From: Chthoniobacterales bacterium
GTDB lineage: Bacteria > Verrucomicrobiota > Verrucomicrobiia > Chthoniobacterales > Chthoniobacteraceae
Reading direction: 5' to 3'
Assembly: GCA_038207335.1 (NCBI GenBank)
Contig: JBBQZX010000023.1
Coordinates: forward strand, 1 to 64,000
Length of the DNA stretch: 64,000 nucleotides
Each line of letters begins with the position of its first letter. Within the stretch, counting starts at the first letter, position 1. Positions 31,184-41,413 of the stretch are shown one piece after another. Below the pieces are notes generated by a model. The model worked only from the letters and a program-made list of their open reading frames with translations, made no database searches and had not been told where the DNA came from. The position numbers were made by a program, and so were the translations under genes.

Positions 31184-32257
31184 ATGGCCTACATCGATCA
31201 ATTTTTTGAAGTGCTCATCAATGCGGGTGCGTCAGATCTTCACCTCGGCGAGGGCGAGGCACCGAAAATCCGGCGCCATGGCGAGATCGTTCCCATCCGT
31301 GACGAAGTGCTTTCGCACGACGAGATGGCATTTATGATGAGTGAAATCTGCGGGCCCGATCGTTGGGCGCGCTACGAGGAATCCGGCGACCTCGACTTCG
31401 CGTACGAGATGGATGAGCACTCGCGTTTTCGCTGCAATTTTCTCAAGCAGACGCACGGCTACGGAGCTGTCTTTCGTCTGATCCCGACGAAAATCATGTC
31501 GCTCGATCAGCTGGGCATCCCGGCTGTGGTCAAGGAGTTCGGCCATCTCCGCGGCGGGCTCGTACTCGTCACAGGACCTACCGGCTCGGGAAAATCGACG
31601 ACCCTTGCGGCGCTGATTGATTATATCAATTCGAGCTTTCAGCGGCACATCATCACCGTCGAGGAGCCGATCGAATTCGTGCATTCCAACAAGAAGTGCA
31701 TTATCACACAGCGCGAAGTGCCCGAGCATGCGAGCAGCTTTCCCATCGGCCTGAAAGCAGCGCTCCGCGAGGATGCGGACATCGTGCTCGTCGGTGAGAT
31801 GCGCGACTTGGAAACGATCCAGCTTGCGCTCACCGCGGCGGAAACCGGCCTCCTCGTCTTCGGCACTTTGCACACGAACAACGCGCGTAAAACCGTCGAT
31901 CGCATGATTGACGTTTTCCCCAGCGACCAGCAGGCGCAGGTCCGCACGATGCTCGCGAACTCCCTCCGCGGCGTGGTCGCGCAGCTCCTCATGAAACGCT
32001 CCGACGGCGGTGGCCGAATCGCGGTGAATGAGATCCTCGTCGTCAACAGCGCCGCGAGCGCGATCATTCGCGAAGGTGCGACGCAGAAGCTTCAGGACGT
32101 GATCGTCGGCGGCAAAGGCCAGGGGATGCAATTCATGGACGACGCAATCTGGACGGTGATGCAGCAAGGCATCGTCAGCCCGCACGAGGCCTACATGAAA
32201 GCGATCGACAAGCCCCGCTTTCGTGTCTTCCTCCCGCCTGAAGACCAAGGCCTGTAG
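31184..32257 (+). CDS. pilT: PilT/PilU-family ATPase (second paralog)
   Basis: SDLHL, GPTGSGKST, EEPIE, VGEMRD, TGLLVFGTLH. Confidence 0.9.
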   Translation: MAYIDQFFEVLINAGASDLHLGEGEAPKIRRHGEIVPIRDEVLSHDEMAFMMSEICGPDRWARYEESGDLDFAYEMDEHSRFRCNFLKQTHGYGAVFRLIPTKIMSLDQLGIPAVVKEFGHLRGGLVLVTGPTGSGKSTTLAALIDYINSSFQRHIITVEEPIEFVHSNKKCIITQREVPEHASSFPIGLKAALREDADIVLVGEMRDLETIQLALTAAETGLLVFGTLHTNNARKTVDRMIDVFPSDQQAQVRTMLANSLRGVVAQLLMKRSDGGGRIAVNEILVVNSAASAIIREGATQKLQDVIVGGKGQGMQFMDDAIWTVMQQGIVSPHEAYMKAIDKPRFRVFLPPEDQGL

Positions 32258-32321
32258 TCGCATCGCCTAGTCCGTCTGGCTTTGGGCGCCCCTCCCACTT
32301 CTGCGGAGAAAACGTCCGCCC

Positions 32322-32693
32322 TTACCGTCGCCTCGGCCCGCCTGCGAGCCCCTGCACACGCCCTGCCGCCCACCTCATCAGCACTGGCCGCAGCAGGTCG
32401 AATGTGATCTTCAACACGCCGAGCCCGAGTGCGGCAGCACCCGCTTTTTCCGCCGGCTTGCTATCCTTTTTGCCGATCGTGATCTGTTTTTTACCGCCCC
32501 CGATTTTCGACAAAATCAGCCCGAACAAACCCGCCGCGCCCATCCATGCAAAGCGATGACGGATAAAGCCCTGCTGGATTTTCGCAGCCGGATGAAGATG
32601 CGCCCGCGCCCCGGTAGCGTGCGCGCTCAGCTCAGAGCGTGCGCGTTCGAGATCGCGGATTAAAGCGCGTTTGCGGTCTTCGAGTTCAGCCAT
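32322..32693 (-). CDS. YqjK-like membrane protein
   Basis: RKRALIRDLERARSEL N-terminus, TM segments; third gene of a DUF883 cluster. Confidence 0.6.
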   Translation of the reverse strand: MAELEDRKRALIRDLERARSELSAHATGARAHLHPAAKIQQGFIRHRFAWMGAAGLFGLILSKIGGGKKQITIGKKDSKPAEKAGAAALGLGVLKITFDLLRPVLMRWAAGRVQGLAGGPRRR

Positions 32694-33091
32694 TCGTGGT
32701 CCTTTTTAAACTCCTGCAACGTCGCCGGGAACATCGGTGCCGAGAGGCGCGCCTTCGCGATCAAAACGCACGCGATCGCCACGCCGAAGTGCAGCAGACC
32801 CATACTGAGCGTCACCCATATCCACGCGTGCTCGGTGCCGATCGCCCACGCGATCAAAAACACGACCGCGAGGCACAGGAAAAAGTAGCCGAAGACGACC
32901 ACCACGAGCGCGATGACAGCAAGCGCGATGACGATCGCAATTCGGATGCCGGCATCCTTCCCCTCGAGCCCGGCGAGCTCGAGCCGCGCCTTTAGGTAAT
33001 CGAGAAAGGCCGAAAGAATCCCGGACAGATGCCGAAACAAGCCGGCATCCGACTGCGAGCCTCTCGGCGAATCGTGGAGAGCTGAAGGCAC
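32660..33091 (-). CDS. YqjE-like / phage-holin-family membrane protein
   Basis: ARLELAGLE, two TM helices, FPATLQEFKKD.EWL; GTG start inferred. Confidence 0.75.
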   Translation of the reverse strand: MPSALHDSPRGSQSDAGLFRHLSGILSAFLDYLKARLELAGLEGKDAGIRIAIVIALAVIALVVVVFGYFFLCLAVVFLIAWAIGTEHAWIWVTLSMGLLHFGVAIACVLIAKARLSAPMFPATLQEFKKDHEWLNSKTANAL

Positions 33092-33096
33092 GCGGT

Positions 33097-33525
33097 TTAG
33101 CGCCGGATGACCAGCCCAATCAGGAATCCAGCGCAAACGGCGGTGCACAGCGCGCGCATCGGATTCTGGCGCACATACTCCTCACCGTCTTCCTGGAGCG
33201 TACGCGCGCGATCCCGCGCATCGGTGTAGGCGTGCTCCGCGCGCCCCTTCAAGTCCTCGGCGCGTCCGCGCAAATCGTGCGCCGCACCCTCGGCACGAGC
33301 CCGCAGTTCGCTTGCCTTTGCTTCCGCCGCTGCGCGCAATTCCTCTGCCGCCTGCTTCACATGGCCCTTCGAGTTTTCGAGGTCTGACGTGAGCGAACCG
33401 GCCGCTTCCTTCAGATGCTGCTTCGTGCTCGCGAGGGTTTCTTTCACGCTCGGCTGCGACGGCTTAGTCGCGCCGGGATTGTTCGATTCCGGGTTCGATC
33501 CGGGGTTGTTTTGATTGTCGGGCAT
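33097..33525 (-). CDS. DUF883 / ElaB-YqjD family tail-anchored protein
   Basis: Coiled-coil body and C-terminal YVRQNPMRALCTAVCAGFLIGLVIRR. Confidence 0.85.
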   Translation of the reverse strand: MPDNQNNPGSNPESNNPGATKPSQPSVKETLASTKQHLKEAAGSLTSDLENSKGHVKQAAEELRAAAEAKASELRARAEGAAHDLRGRAEDLKGRAEHAYTDARDRARTLQEDGEEYVRQNPMRALCTAVCAGFLIGLVIRR

Positions 33526-33627
33526 AAATGATGGATTGTTTTTGCAGCGTCGCAGCGGTGCTGCCTGCTCGACTGGCCTGCTGATAACTTTAACGGTTCT
33601 CGACCCTCGTTCGCGCTTATCGTGCGG

Positions 33628-33847
33628 TCATTGTTCGCGGAAAATGATGCGCGCCTTCGTCAGGTCGTAAGGCGACAACTCGAGTTCCACTTTGTCCCCC
33701 GGCACTATGCGGATGAAATGCTTGCGCATCTTCCCTGAAATATGTCCGAGCACCAGCGCGCCATTCGGCAGCGCGACACGGAACATCGTGCCCCGGCAGC
33801 ACCTCGCGGACGGTGCCTTCCGTTTTAATAGCGTCATCTTTCGCCAT
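33628..33847 (-). pseudogene. infA: Translation initiation factor IF-1, interrupted by a +1 G insertion (probable sequence error)
   Basis: [19 protein letters not shown] in one frame, [10 protein letters not shown]...[37 protein letters not shown] in another; span 220 nt = 219+1; extra base in the CCCC run 33791-33794. Confidence 0.9.
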
Positions 33848-33949
33848 GGCCAAAACTTCTGCGCGAAGCCGAGAAAAACGCAACGCAAGAATCGCCGAGC
33901 GCCCCGTGTGATTGCCTTCGCCCGTGCGCCTGTCTTAGCTTCCGCTGCC

Positions 33950-35245
33950 ATGCTCGATATCCGGCTCATCCGCGACCAACCCGACTTCATCAAAGCCCGC
34001 CTCGCCACGCGCGGCGGCGACGCCCATTTGCGCGTCGATGAAATCCTCGCGTGCGACCGCCAGCGCCGCGCCGCCGAGACGCAGCTCCAGCAGCTCCAAG
34101 CCGATCGTAAGCGGCTCAGCAAAGAAATCGGCGGGCGCAAATCGCGCGGCGAAGACACCGCGGAAACCGAGGCGCAAGTGCGCGGAATCGGCGATGAAAT
34201 CGCACAGCTCGACGCGCAAGCCGCCACGCTCGATCAGCAGCAGCGCGACCTGCTTTTGCAAATCCCGAATCTCCCTCACGCCGCCTGCCCAGTCGGCGAA
34301 GATGCCAGCGCGAACCCCGTCGTGCGCGTGTGGGGAGAAGCGCCGGCGTTCACTTTCACTCCGAAAAGCCACATCGAGTTGAGCGAAAACCTCGGCCTGC
34401 TCGATTTCGAGCGCGCCGCGAAAATCAGCGGCAGCGCCTTTGTCGCATTCATCGGCGCGGGCGCGCGGCTCGAGCGCGCGCTCATCAATTTCCTGCTCGA
34501 CCTCCACACCCGCGAGCACGGCTACACCGAGGTCTCGCCGCCATTTGTCGTCCGCGCCGACGCGCTCATCGGCACCGCGCAGCTCCCGAAATTCGAGGAG
34601 CAGCAATACCGCTGTGAGCGCGACGAACTCTACCTCGCGCCCACCGCGGAGGTGCCCGTCACGAATCTCCACCGCGATGAATTCCTAGCGCTCCGCGACC
34701 TGCCGAAGCGCTACACCGCTTACACGCCGTGCTTCCGGCGCGAGGCGGGAGCCGCCGGGCTCGGCACGCGCGGGCTCATCCGACTGCATCAGTTCGATAA
34801 AGTTGAGCTGGTGAAAATCACGCGTCCAGAAACAGCCGAAGCCGAGCTGGAATCGCTCACCGCCGACGCAGAAAAAGTTCTGCAACTGCTCGGATTACAT
34901 TTTCGCACCATCGAACTCTGCACCGGCGACATCGGATTCGGCTCCGCAAAAACGTACGACATCGAAGTCTGGGCACCCGGCCAAAACGCTTATCTCGAAG
35001 TCTCCAGTTGCTCGCATTTCGGCGACTTCCAGGCTCGCCGGATGGGTCTGCGGTTCAAAGGCGAAGACGGCAAAAACCAATTCTGCCACACACTGAACGG
35101 CTCCGGCACAGCGCTCCCGCGACTCTTTGTCGCGCTGCTCGAAACTTACCAGCAAGCCGACGGCTCCATCCTCATCCCCGAGGCATTGCGCGGGCATTTC
35201 GGAGGGGAGCGAATTTCCCCTCCCGTTGCCAGACCCACGGGGTGA
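33950..35245 (+). CDS. serS: Serine--tRNA ligase
   Basis: [49 protein letters not shown]. Confidence 0.97.
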   Translation: MLDIRLIRDQPDFIKARLATRGGDAHLRVDEILACDRQRRAAETQLQQLQADRKRLSKEIGGRKSRGEDTAETEAQVRGIGDEIAQLDAQAATLDQQQRDLLLQIPNLPHAACPVGEDASANPVVRVWGEAPAFTFTPKSHIELSENLGLLDFERAAKISGSAFVAFIGAGARLERALINFLLDLHTREHGYTEVSPPFVVRADALIGTAQLPKFEEQQYRCERDELYLAPTAEVPVTNLHRDEFLALRDLPKRYTAYTPCFRREAGAAGLGTRGLIRLHQFDKVELVKITRPETAEAELESLTADAEKVLQLLGLHFRTIELCTGDIGFGSAKTYDIEVWAPGQNAYLEVSSCSHFGDFQARRMGLRFKGEDGKNQFCHTLNGSGTALPRLFVALLETYQQADGSILIPEALRGHFGGERISPPVARPTG

Positions 35246-36198
35246 AGAGCGCGCTTGATGCCGCAGCCGTGCAGTGCGTCGCGGCACATCCGCCCGAGGC
35301 AACTTACCTCATCGGCGTCTCCGGCGGACGCGATTCCGTCGCGCTTCTGCACCTGCTCCTCGCGCACGGATACCGCTCGCTCATCGTCTGCCACATCGAC
35401 CACGCCATTCGCGCCGACAGCGCCGACGATGCGCATTTCGTGGAAAGGCTCGCGTGCCGTTACGAACTCCAGCCGCTCATCTTTCGCGAAGACATCCCCG
35501 CTCGCGCCCGCGAAAGTCGCCGTTCGCTCGAAACCACTGCCCGCGACGCGCGCTACGAAGTCTTCGCGCGAGTCTGCGCCGAACGAAAATGCGCCGGCGT
35601 CTTCCTCGCGCATCACGCCGACGATCAAGTCGAGACGATCCTCTTCAATCTCTTCCGCGGTGCCGCACCCGGCGGCCTCAGCGGGATGCGGCCGGCATCG
35701 ACGCGCCAATTCAATGACATTGAACTCCGCATTATCCGTCCGCTGCTCGGCGTCACGCGCGAATTCATCGACGACTACATCGCGAGCCACGCGCTGCAAT
35801 TCCGCGACGACTCCTCGAATCTCACTGCGCACCACACCCGCAACCGCATCCGTCAAGAACTCCTTCCCGCGCTTGAAGACATCTTCGGTCGCGACATCTG
35901 CGCCGCACTTTTGCGCACCGCCGCGCTCCTGCGCGATGACGAACTTTTCCTCCAAACCCAGCTCCCACCCGTCTCTGCAGACCTCTCAGTCGAGCAAGCG
36001 CGCGACCTCCCCACGCCACTCCAGCGCCGCGTCATCCACGCATGGCTGCGGGAAAACAGCGTTCGCGATCTTTCCTTCGATCTCATCGAGCGGGTCCGCT
36101 CTCTCCTCACCACGCGCACCGCAAAAGTGAATCTCCCAGACAACGCCCACGCGCGGCGACGCGCTGGACGGCTCTTCATCGAACGGGATTCAGACTGA
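35242..36198 (+). CDS. tilS: tRNA(Ile)-lysidine synthetase
   Basis: VSGGRDS, ARDARY, AHHADDQVET, RPLL, RNRIR; GTGA overlap with serS. Confidence 0.93.
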   Translation: MKSALDAAAVQCVAAHPPEATYLIGVSGGRDSVALLHLLLAHGYRSLIVCHIDHAIRADSADDAHFVERLACRYELQPLIFREDIPARARESRRSLETTARDARYEVFARVCAERKCAGVFLAHHADDQVETILFNLFRGAAPGGLSGMRPASTRQFNDIELRIIRPLLGVTREFIDDYIASHALQFRDDSSNLTAHHTRNRIRQELLPALEDIFGRDICAALLRTAALLRDDELFLQTQLPPVSADLSVEQARDLPTPLQRRVIHAWLRENSVRDLSFDLIERVRSLLTTRTAKVNLPDNAHARRRAGRLFIERDSD

Positions 36199-36243
36199 CC
36201 TGCCGCCTTGCGCCTCTTCGCTTCCTTCCTACAATCCGCGCCC

Positions 36244-37899
36244 ATGCTCCCCCTCACGGATGGGACCCAATTGGTGATCGCTGCGGTTCTGGCACCGGTC
36301 ATTTTCATAACTTCGCTCGCCATCGGCCGCTGGCTGAAGCGACGCCAAGGCGTGCGCCTTGGCTTCCTCTACTTTTTTTTCTGCGCTGCGATTTCGCTCT
36401 TCATACCGCTCCTCTTTTGCGGGCAGGCCATTATGCGGGAAAAAGGAAACGCGCCTCCCGCAGTCAGCGCGATCGATGCCGAACGGCTAAAACTTTTGGA
36501 GCAACAAGTCGCCGACCTTTCGGAAAATCTGAAAGTCGCTCGCGCGCAAGCCGAAGGCGCGGGCGTCTGGACCGGCTACTCGATCAGTCTCGCTAGCCTC
36601 AAACGCGACCTCGGCGCTGCCATCGCGCTGCTCGGCACATTCGTCATCATCGCACTCGTCCGCCGATACTTTTGGGAGCTGTGGTTTGAGCGAAAACACA
36701 AGGCACCGCCGCCGAAATTTCTCAGCCAGATTTTAGGCCTCGTCTTCTTCGTCACCACCGCGCTCGTCATCGTCTCCGTCATCTACGGAAAGGACCTCGG
36801 CGGCTTCGTTTTCGGCTCCACCGTCGTCGTCGGCATTATCGGTTTTGCCATGCAGGATTTGCTCGGAAACATCATCGCCGGTGTGGCCCTGGAAATCGGC
36901 AAGCCATTCAAAATCGGCGACTGGCTCGTCATCGACGACGGGCACGCCGAAGTCATCGAAGTCAACTGGCGCTCCACCAAGCTGCGCAACAACGACGACA
37001 TCTACCTAGACATTCCCAACAAGAACATCGTCGGCGCCACGATCACCAATCTGACTTACCCGACGAAACAGCACGCCATCCGCATCCGTATTGGGTTTGA
37101 ATATCACGTCGCGCCGAATTTCGTGAAGGACTGCATGGCGCGCGCCGCTGCGAACGCAAATGGCGTCCTTACCACTCCGCCGCCGAAGGTATTCCTGCGC
37201 GAGTTCGGCGACTCAGCAGTCATTTACGAGATCAAGTTCTGGATGGAAAACGAGGCGAGTTTCAACGACATCTGCGACGGAATCCGCACCAACGTCTGGT
37301 ACGAAGCGCAGCGCAGCAATCTGCGCATCCCCTTCCCCATCCGCACATTACAAGTCGAGAAGCCACAGCCTCGCCACGAGAAGACGCTCGAAGCCGCGCA
37401 GGACTTGATGCGCAATCAAGAGTTCTTCCAGTGCCTCGACGAAGCGCAGATGAGCCGGCTGCTGCTCAATGCGAGGCTCCTCAAATTCGGAAGAAACGAG
37501 AAGATCATCCAGCAAGGACAAAGCGGCGAGTCGATGTTCATTCTCTTGAAAGGTGAGGCCGATGTTTTTGTCCGCTCGGACAAGCACGAGACACGCGTCG
37601 CGACGCTAAAGGAAGGTGACTGTTTCGGTGAGATGTCGCTGCTCACTGGCGCCGCGAGGAATGCCACGGTCATCGCGCGCGTGGACTGCGAAATGTGGGA
37701 ACTCGAGAAGCCTGTCCTGGCCGAGCTTTTACAGCAAAATCAGCGTCTTGTGGAAAGACTCGGCGAGCTGCTCGCGAAGCGCAAAATGGAAACCGAGGGA
37801 GTGATCGCAGCGACGATGGAGAAGGCCGAAATCGCCGCCAAACAGCGAGAATACACCGCAGGAATTTTGGCGAAGCTGTCGTCGTTTTTCGAGCTGTGA
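36244..37899 (+). CDS. MscS-family channel with C-terminal cNMP-binding domain
   Basis: GFAMQDLLGNIIAG, PFKIGDW, NWRST, IPFP; FGEMSLLTGAARNATV. Confidence 0.92.
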   Translation: MLPLTDGTQLVIAAVLAPVIFITSLAIGRWLKRRQGVRLGFLYFFFCAAISLFIPLLFCGQAIMREKGNAPPAVSAIDAERLKLLEQQVADLSENLKVARAQAEGAGVWTGYSISLASLKRDLGAAIALLGTFVIIALVRRYFWELWFERKHKAPPPKFLSQILGLVFFVTTALVIVSVIYGKDLGGFVFGSTVVVGIIGFAMQDLLGNIIAGVALEIGKPFKIGDWLVIDDGHAEVIEVNWRSTKLRNNDDIYLDIPNKNIVGATITNLTYPTKQHAIRIRIGFEYHVAPNFVKDCMARAAANANGVLTTPPPKVFLREFGDSAVIYEIKFWMENEASFNDICDGIRTNVWYEAQRSNLRIPFPIRTLQVEKPQPRHEKTLEAAQDLMRNQEFFQCLDEAQMSRLLLNARLLKFGRNEKIIQQGQSGESMFILLKGEADVFVRSDKHETRVATLKEGDCFGEMSLLTGAARNATVIARVDCEMWELEKPVLAELLQQNQRLVERLGELLAKRKMETEGVIAATMEKAEIAAKQREYTAGILAKLSSFFEL

Positions 37900-37920
37900 G
37901 CAGCACGCTGGCGCGTGGCT

Positions 37921-38007
37921 TTTGAACCACGAAGGCACGAAGAGGAAGAAATCGCCGCTGTGACTGGTTGTAACCCTCTCTCCGCCTTCGTGCTTCGTGG
38001 TTTCAAA
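37921..38007. repeat. REP-like inverted repeat between convergent genes
   Basis: tttgaaccacgaaggcacgaag...cttcgtgcttcgtggtttcaaa. Confidence 0.75.
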
Positions 38008-38019
38008 CCGCTGACCGGC

Positions 38020-39240
38020 TCAACGGTGAACGTGGAAAGTATTGTAGCGGGGGTTGGCGGTGAAGGCGGCTTTGAGAGTGCTTTTCCCGGCGGCGATTTC
38101 GCCGGAACTCATCTCGATCATTCCGGCGTGGTAGAGGATGTGCGCGTCACGCGTTCCGGTGAGCCGGGCTTTTTTTGAAAGGGCGAGCGCTTCATCGAGT
38201 TTGCCTGCTTTTTGCAATGCCCACGCGAGCGAGTCGTCTGCTTGGATTCCGTGGCGGAGCGCAGCATCTTTTTCGGCCCACTCGACTGCTTTTTCCGGGT
38301 CTTCGACCGAGTCGGCGTAGAAGCCAGCGAGATGGTGGAAGAAGAGGACTTCGCCTTTTTCGACCGATGCGAGATAGCCAGCGAGGGCGCGCTCGTGCCA
38401 CCGCTTTGCCTCCTCGCGTTTCCCGGCGAAAAGGTAGAGATCGCCTAGGGCTTGCATCAGTTCAGGGCGCTCGGTCGTCGTGATGACTTTCGTGTAGAGC
38501 GCGACGGCTTCGTCGAGTTTGCCTTGCGCGCCGCGGAGTTCGGCAAGGTGATCGAGCACGGCCCAATAGTCCGGCTGCGCGGCGAGCGCTGCGTCGTAGG
38601 ACGTTTCGGCGGCGTCCCAATCGCCGGAGCGGAAGGCAATTTCACCGCGCTGAACTTCTAGCCACGCGACGGTTTCAGGCGAAGGCGGTGTTAGATTTTT
38701 CGCGGCTTCGAGCGCGGCCGTGAGCCGCTCGGTCGCTTTTGCGACGCGGCCGTGGATGAGGTCGAGTTGCGCGAGCCGCGGCTCCATTCCGATTGGATTC
38801 GCATCGGCGGCGACGGCGCGGTCCCACGCGTTTTTGCACGCGTCGTAATCGCCGAGGTTCAGGAGCGCGTCGCCGAGTTGCTGCAACGGCGCAGGGCTGC
38901 CGGTGAGAATACCAACGAGTTGGTCGGCGGTCTTGCGGGAGTCGCCGAACCGGTGCGCGGCCAGTTCGACGTGGGCGCGGGCGGCAAGACCGCCGTGATT
39001 GATATCGGGCGTGGAGACTTTGAACGTCTGCTCCACGGCCTCAGCTGCGGCGCGGAGATACTCGAGGCGGCCGGTGCTCGCGAGCAGGCGCAAGCGCGTG
39101 TCTGCGAGGCGATTCCACGAGATGAAATCGCCGGTGTCGGAGGCGACGCGGGCTTCGAGAAAGCGAAGGGTGGCGTCCGCGGCACGGAGAGTCGCAGTGA
39201 CGAAAAAGACGAAAGCGACGAGAAGGACGAGGCGGCGCAT
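38020..39240 (-). CDS. Secreted tetratricopeptide repeat protein
   Basis: Signal peptide; repeated LGD..L.LG.Y..A and LAWAL..AG..DEA TPR motifs. Confidence 0.85.
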   Translation of the reverse strand: MRRLVLLVAFVFFVTATLRAADATLRFLEARVASDTGDFISWNRLADTRLRLLASTGRLEYLRAAAEAVEQTFKVSTPDINHGGLAARAHVELAAHRFGDSRKTADQLVGILTGSPAPLQQLGDALLNLGDYDACKNAWDRAVAADANPIGMEPRLAQLDLIHGRVAKATERLTAALEAAKNLTPPSPETVAWLEVQRGEIAFRSGDWDAAETSYDAALAAQPDYWAVLDHLAELRGAQGKLDEAVALYTKVITTTERPELMQALGDLYLFAGKREEAKRWHERALAGYLASVEKGEVLFFHHLAGFYADSVEDPEKAVEWAEKDAALRHGIQADDSLAWALQKAGKLDEALALSKKARLTGTRDAHILYHAGMIEMSSGEIAAGKSTLKAAFTANPRYNTFHVHR

Positions 39241-39312
39241 CGGGTGAAGATGCGACGGATCGCGCCGTGCGGCGAGTTACAAGCGTGCGTCCAGCCAGGC
39301 TGGTTGCCTGTG

Positions 39313-41130
39313 TTACGCGACTTGGGGTTGCGCGCGTTTGCGGGCGCTGGCGCTGAGGAGCTTTTTGCGGAGGCGGAGGCTCTTGGGCGTGACTTCAACG
39401 TATTCGTCGGGCGCGATGTATTCGAGCGAACGCTCGAGCGTCATCGTGAGTGGCGGGGCCAGTGAGATGCCTTTGCCGTCGCCGGTCGAGCGCATGTTGC
39501 TGAGCTTTTTCGCTCGGCACGGATTGACCGGCATGTCGTCTGGCCGGGCGTTTTCACCGATGATCATGCCTTCGTAAATCTCGGCTTGCGGCCCGATGAA
39601 CAGGCGACCGCGTTCCTGGATCGTCTCGAGCGAATAGCTGGTGCTGATGCCCTGCTCCATGGCGACGAGGACACCATTGTTGCGGGTCGGGATGTCGCCT
39701 TTGTGAGGACCGTATTCTTTGAAAATGTGCGACATGATCCCGTGGCCTTTCGTGCTGTTCACTAGGTCGGTCTCGAAGCCGATCAGGCCGCGTGTCGGCA
39801 CCACCGCTTGAACGGTGACGCTGTGCGGATTGTGCTCCATGTGGACGATGTCGGCTTTGCGGCCGGCGAGCGATTGGAGGATGTCGCCGAGCGAATCATT
39901 CGGCACATCAACGTAAAGGTTCTCCATCGGCTCGAGAAGTTTACCGTCTTCGTCGCGCTGGTAGATCACTTCCGGACGGGAGACGAGAAGCTCGAATCCT
40001 TCGCGCCGCATCTGCTCGACGATGATCGCGATCTGCATCTCGCCGCGCGCCTGCACTTCAAAGTGACCGGCGACGTCAGTGTCGCTGAAGATGATCGAGA
40101 CGTTCGTGCGCGTTTCGCGGACAAGCCGCTCGCGAACCTGCCGCGCGGTGAGGAGCTTCCCCTCGCGACCGGCGAGCGGGCCGTCGTTGATGCAAATTTT
40201 CATCGTGATCGTCGGCGGATCGATATCGACGAATGGCAGCGGCAGGCGCTCCTCCGTATCGGTGAGCGTCTCGCCGATGAAGGCATCCTCAAAACCGCAG
40301 AGCCCCACGATGTCGCCGGCGCTGGCATTTTTGATTTCCACTTTTTGCAGACCGACGTGGCCGAAAAGTGCAGTGACATTTGCCCGCTCGCGCTTGCCTG
40401 CAGTGGTGATGTGCACGATTGAATCGCCGACTTTCACGCGACCGCTGATGATGCGACCGTAGGCGATTCGGCCGAGGTAATCGGAGTAGTCGAGATTCGA
40501 GATGAGCATCTGGAAGTAGCTCACGTCGGAAGGCTGCGGGGCGGGGATATGTTTGATGATCGCCTCAAAAAGCGGTTCCATCGTCTCGCTCTTTTCGTGG
40601 ATTTCCTTCATCGCGTAGCCGTCGCGGGCGGAGGCGTAAACGACAGGAAAGTCGAGCTGGATATCCGTCGCGTTGAGCTCGAGGAAGAGCTCGAAAACCA
40701 TGTCGAGGACTTTGTGCGGGCGGGCGTTTTCCCGGTCGATCTTGTTGATGACGACGATCGGCTTAGCGCCATTTTCAAGCGCCTTTTTGAGGACGAACTT
40801 CGTCTGCGCCTGCGGGCCGTCGTGCGCATCGACGACGAGCAAAACGCCGTTGACCATCTTCATGATGCGCTCGACCTCGCCGCCGAAGTCCGCGTGGCCG
40901 GGAGTATCCACGATGTTGACGTGATAGTCATGCCAGCGGAACGCCGCGTTTTTCGCCTTGATCGTGATTCCTTTTTCGCGCTCCAGATCCATCGAATCCA
41001 TGATGCGGATCTCCGTGGATTTCGCTTCGTTGGCGCGGAAAGTGCCGCTCTGTTTGAGCAGCTGATCAACGAGCGTGGTCTTGCCGTGATCGACGTGGGC
41101 GATGATGGCGATGTTGCGAATATGTTCCAT
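39313..41130 (-). CDS. typA: Translational GTPase TypA/BipA
   Basis: RNIAIIAHVDHGKTT, DTPGHADFGGEVER, NKID, RGEMQ, EVTPKSLRLRK. Confidence 0.97.
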   Translation of the reverse strand: MEHIRNIAIIAHVDHGKTTLVDQLLKQSGTFRANEAKSTEIRIMDSMDLEREKGITIKAKNAAFRWHDYHVNIVDTPGHADFGGEVERIMKMVNGVLLVVDAHDGPQAQTKFVLKKALENGAKPIVVINKIDRENARPHKVLDMVFELFLELNATDIQLDFPVVYASARDGYAMKEIHEKSETMEPLFEAIIKHIPAPQPSDVSYFQMLISNLDYSDYLGRIAYGRIISGRVKVGDSIVHITTAGKRERANVTALFGHVGLQKVEIKNASAGDIVGLCGFEDAFIGETLTDTEERLPLPFVDIDPPTITMKICINDGPLAGREGKLLTARQVRERLVRETRTNVSIIFSDTDVAGHFEVQARGEMQIAIIVEQMRREGFELLVSRPEVIYQRDEDGKLLEPMENLYVDVPNDSLGDILQSLAGRKADIVHMEHNPHSVTVQAVVPTRGLIGFETDLVNSTKGHGIMSHIFKEYGPHKGDIPTRNNGVLVAMEQGISTSYSLETIQERGRLFIGPQAEIYEGMIIGENARPDDMPVNPCRAKKLSNMRSTGDGKGISLAPPLTMTLERSLEYIAPDEYVEVTPKSLRLRKKLLSASARKRAQPQVA

Positions 41131-41413
41131 TTCTGTATCTCTCTCTGGATGGTCGTCTGAGTGCAAAGGGCGGGGAATATGGGGGGGATGCCCGATGGCG
41201 TCAATGGCCGTGGACGACGAGTTTTTGCGTTGAACATCGGGCGTAAACGCTCCCGCCGGATCGACTGCGAAGCGGCTTGGACACAGCATTCGCGGGCGAT
41301 GAAGGACTGCGGAGAGGAGCGATTTTTCGCCGCGAGGCGAGACAAAGCTTCCACGCCGGACGCGAATTCGCTTCCATCACGACCCCTATTTTCAACCCAC
41401 CAAACACACGACC

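Noticed and set aside
32660..33091. Phage holin indicating a prophage
   Set aside because: Context is the DUF883-YqjE-YqjK-like cluster; no phage genes nearby
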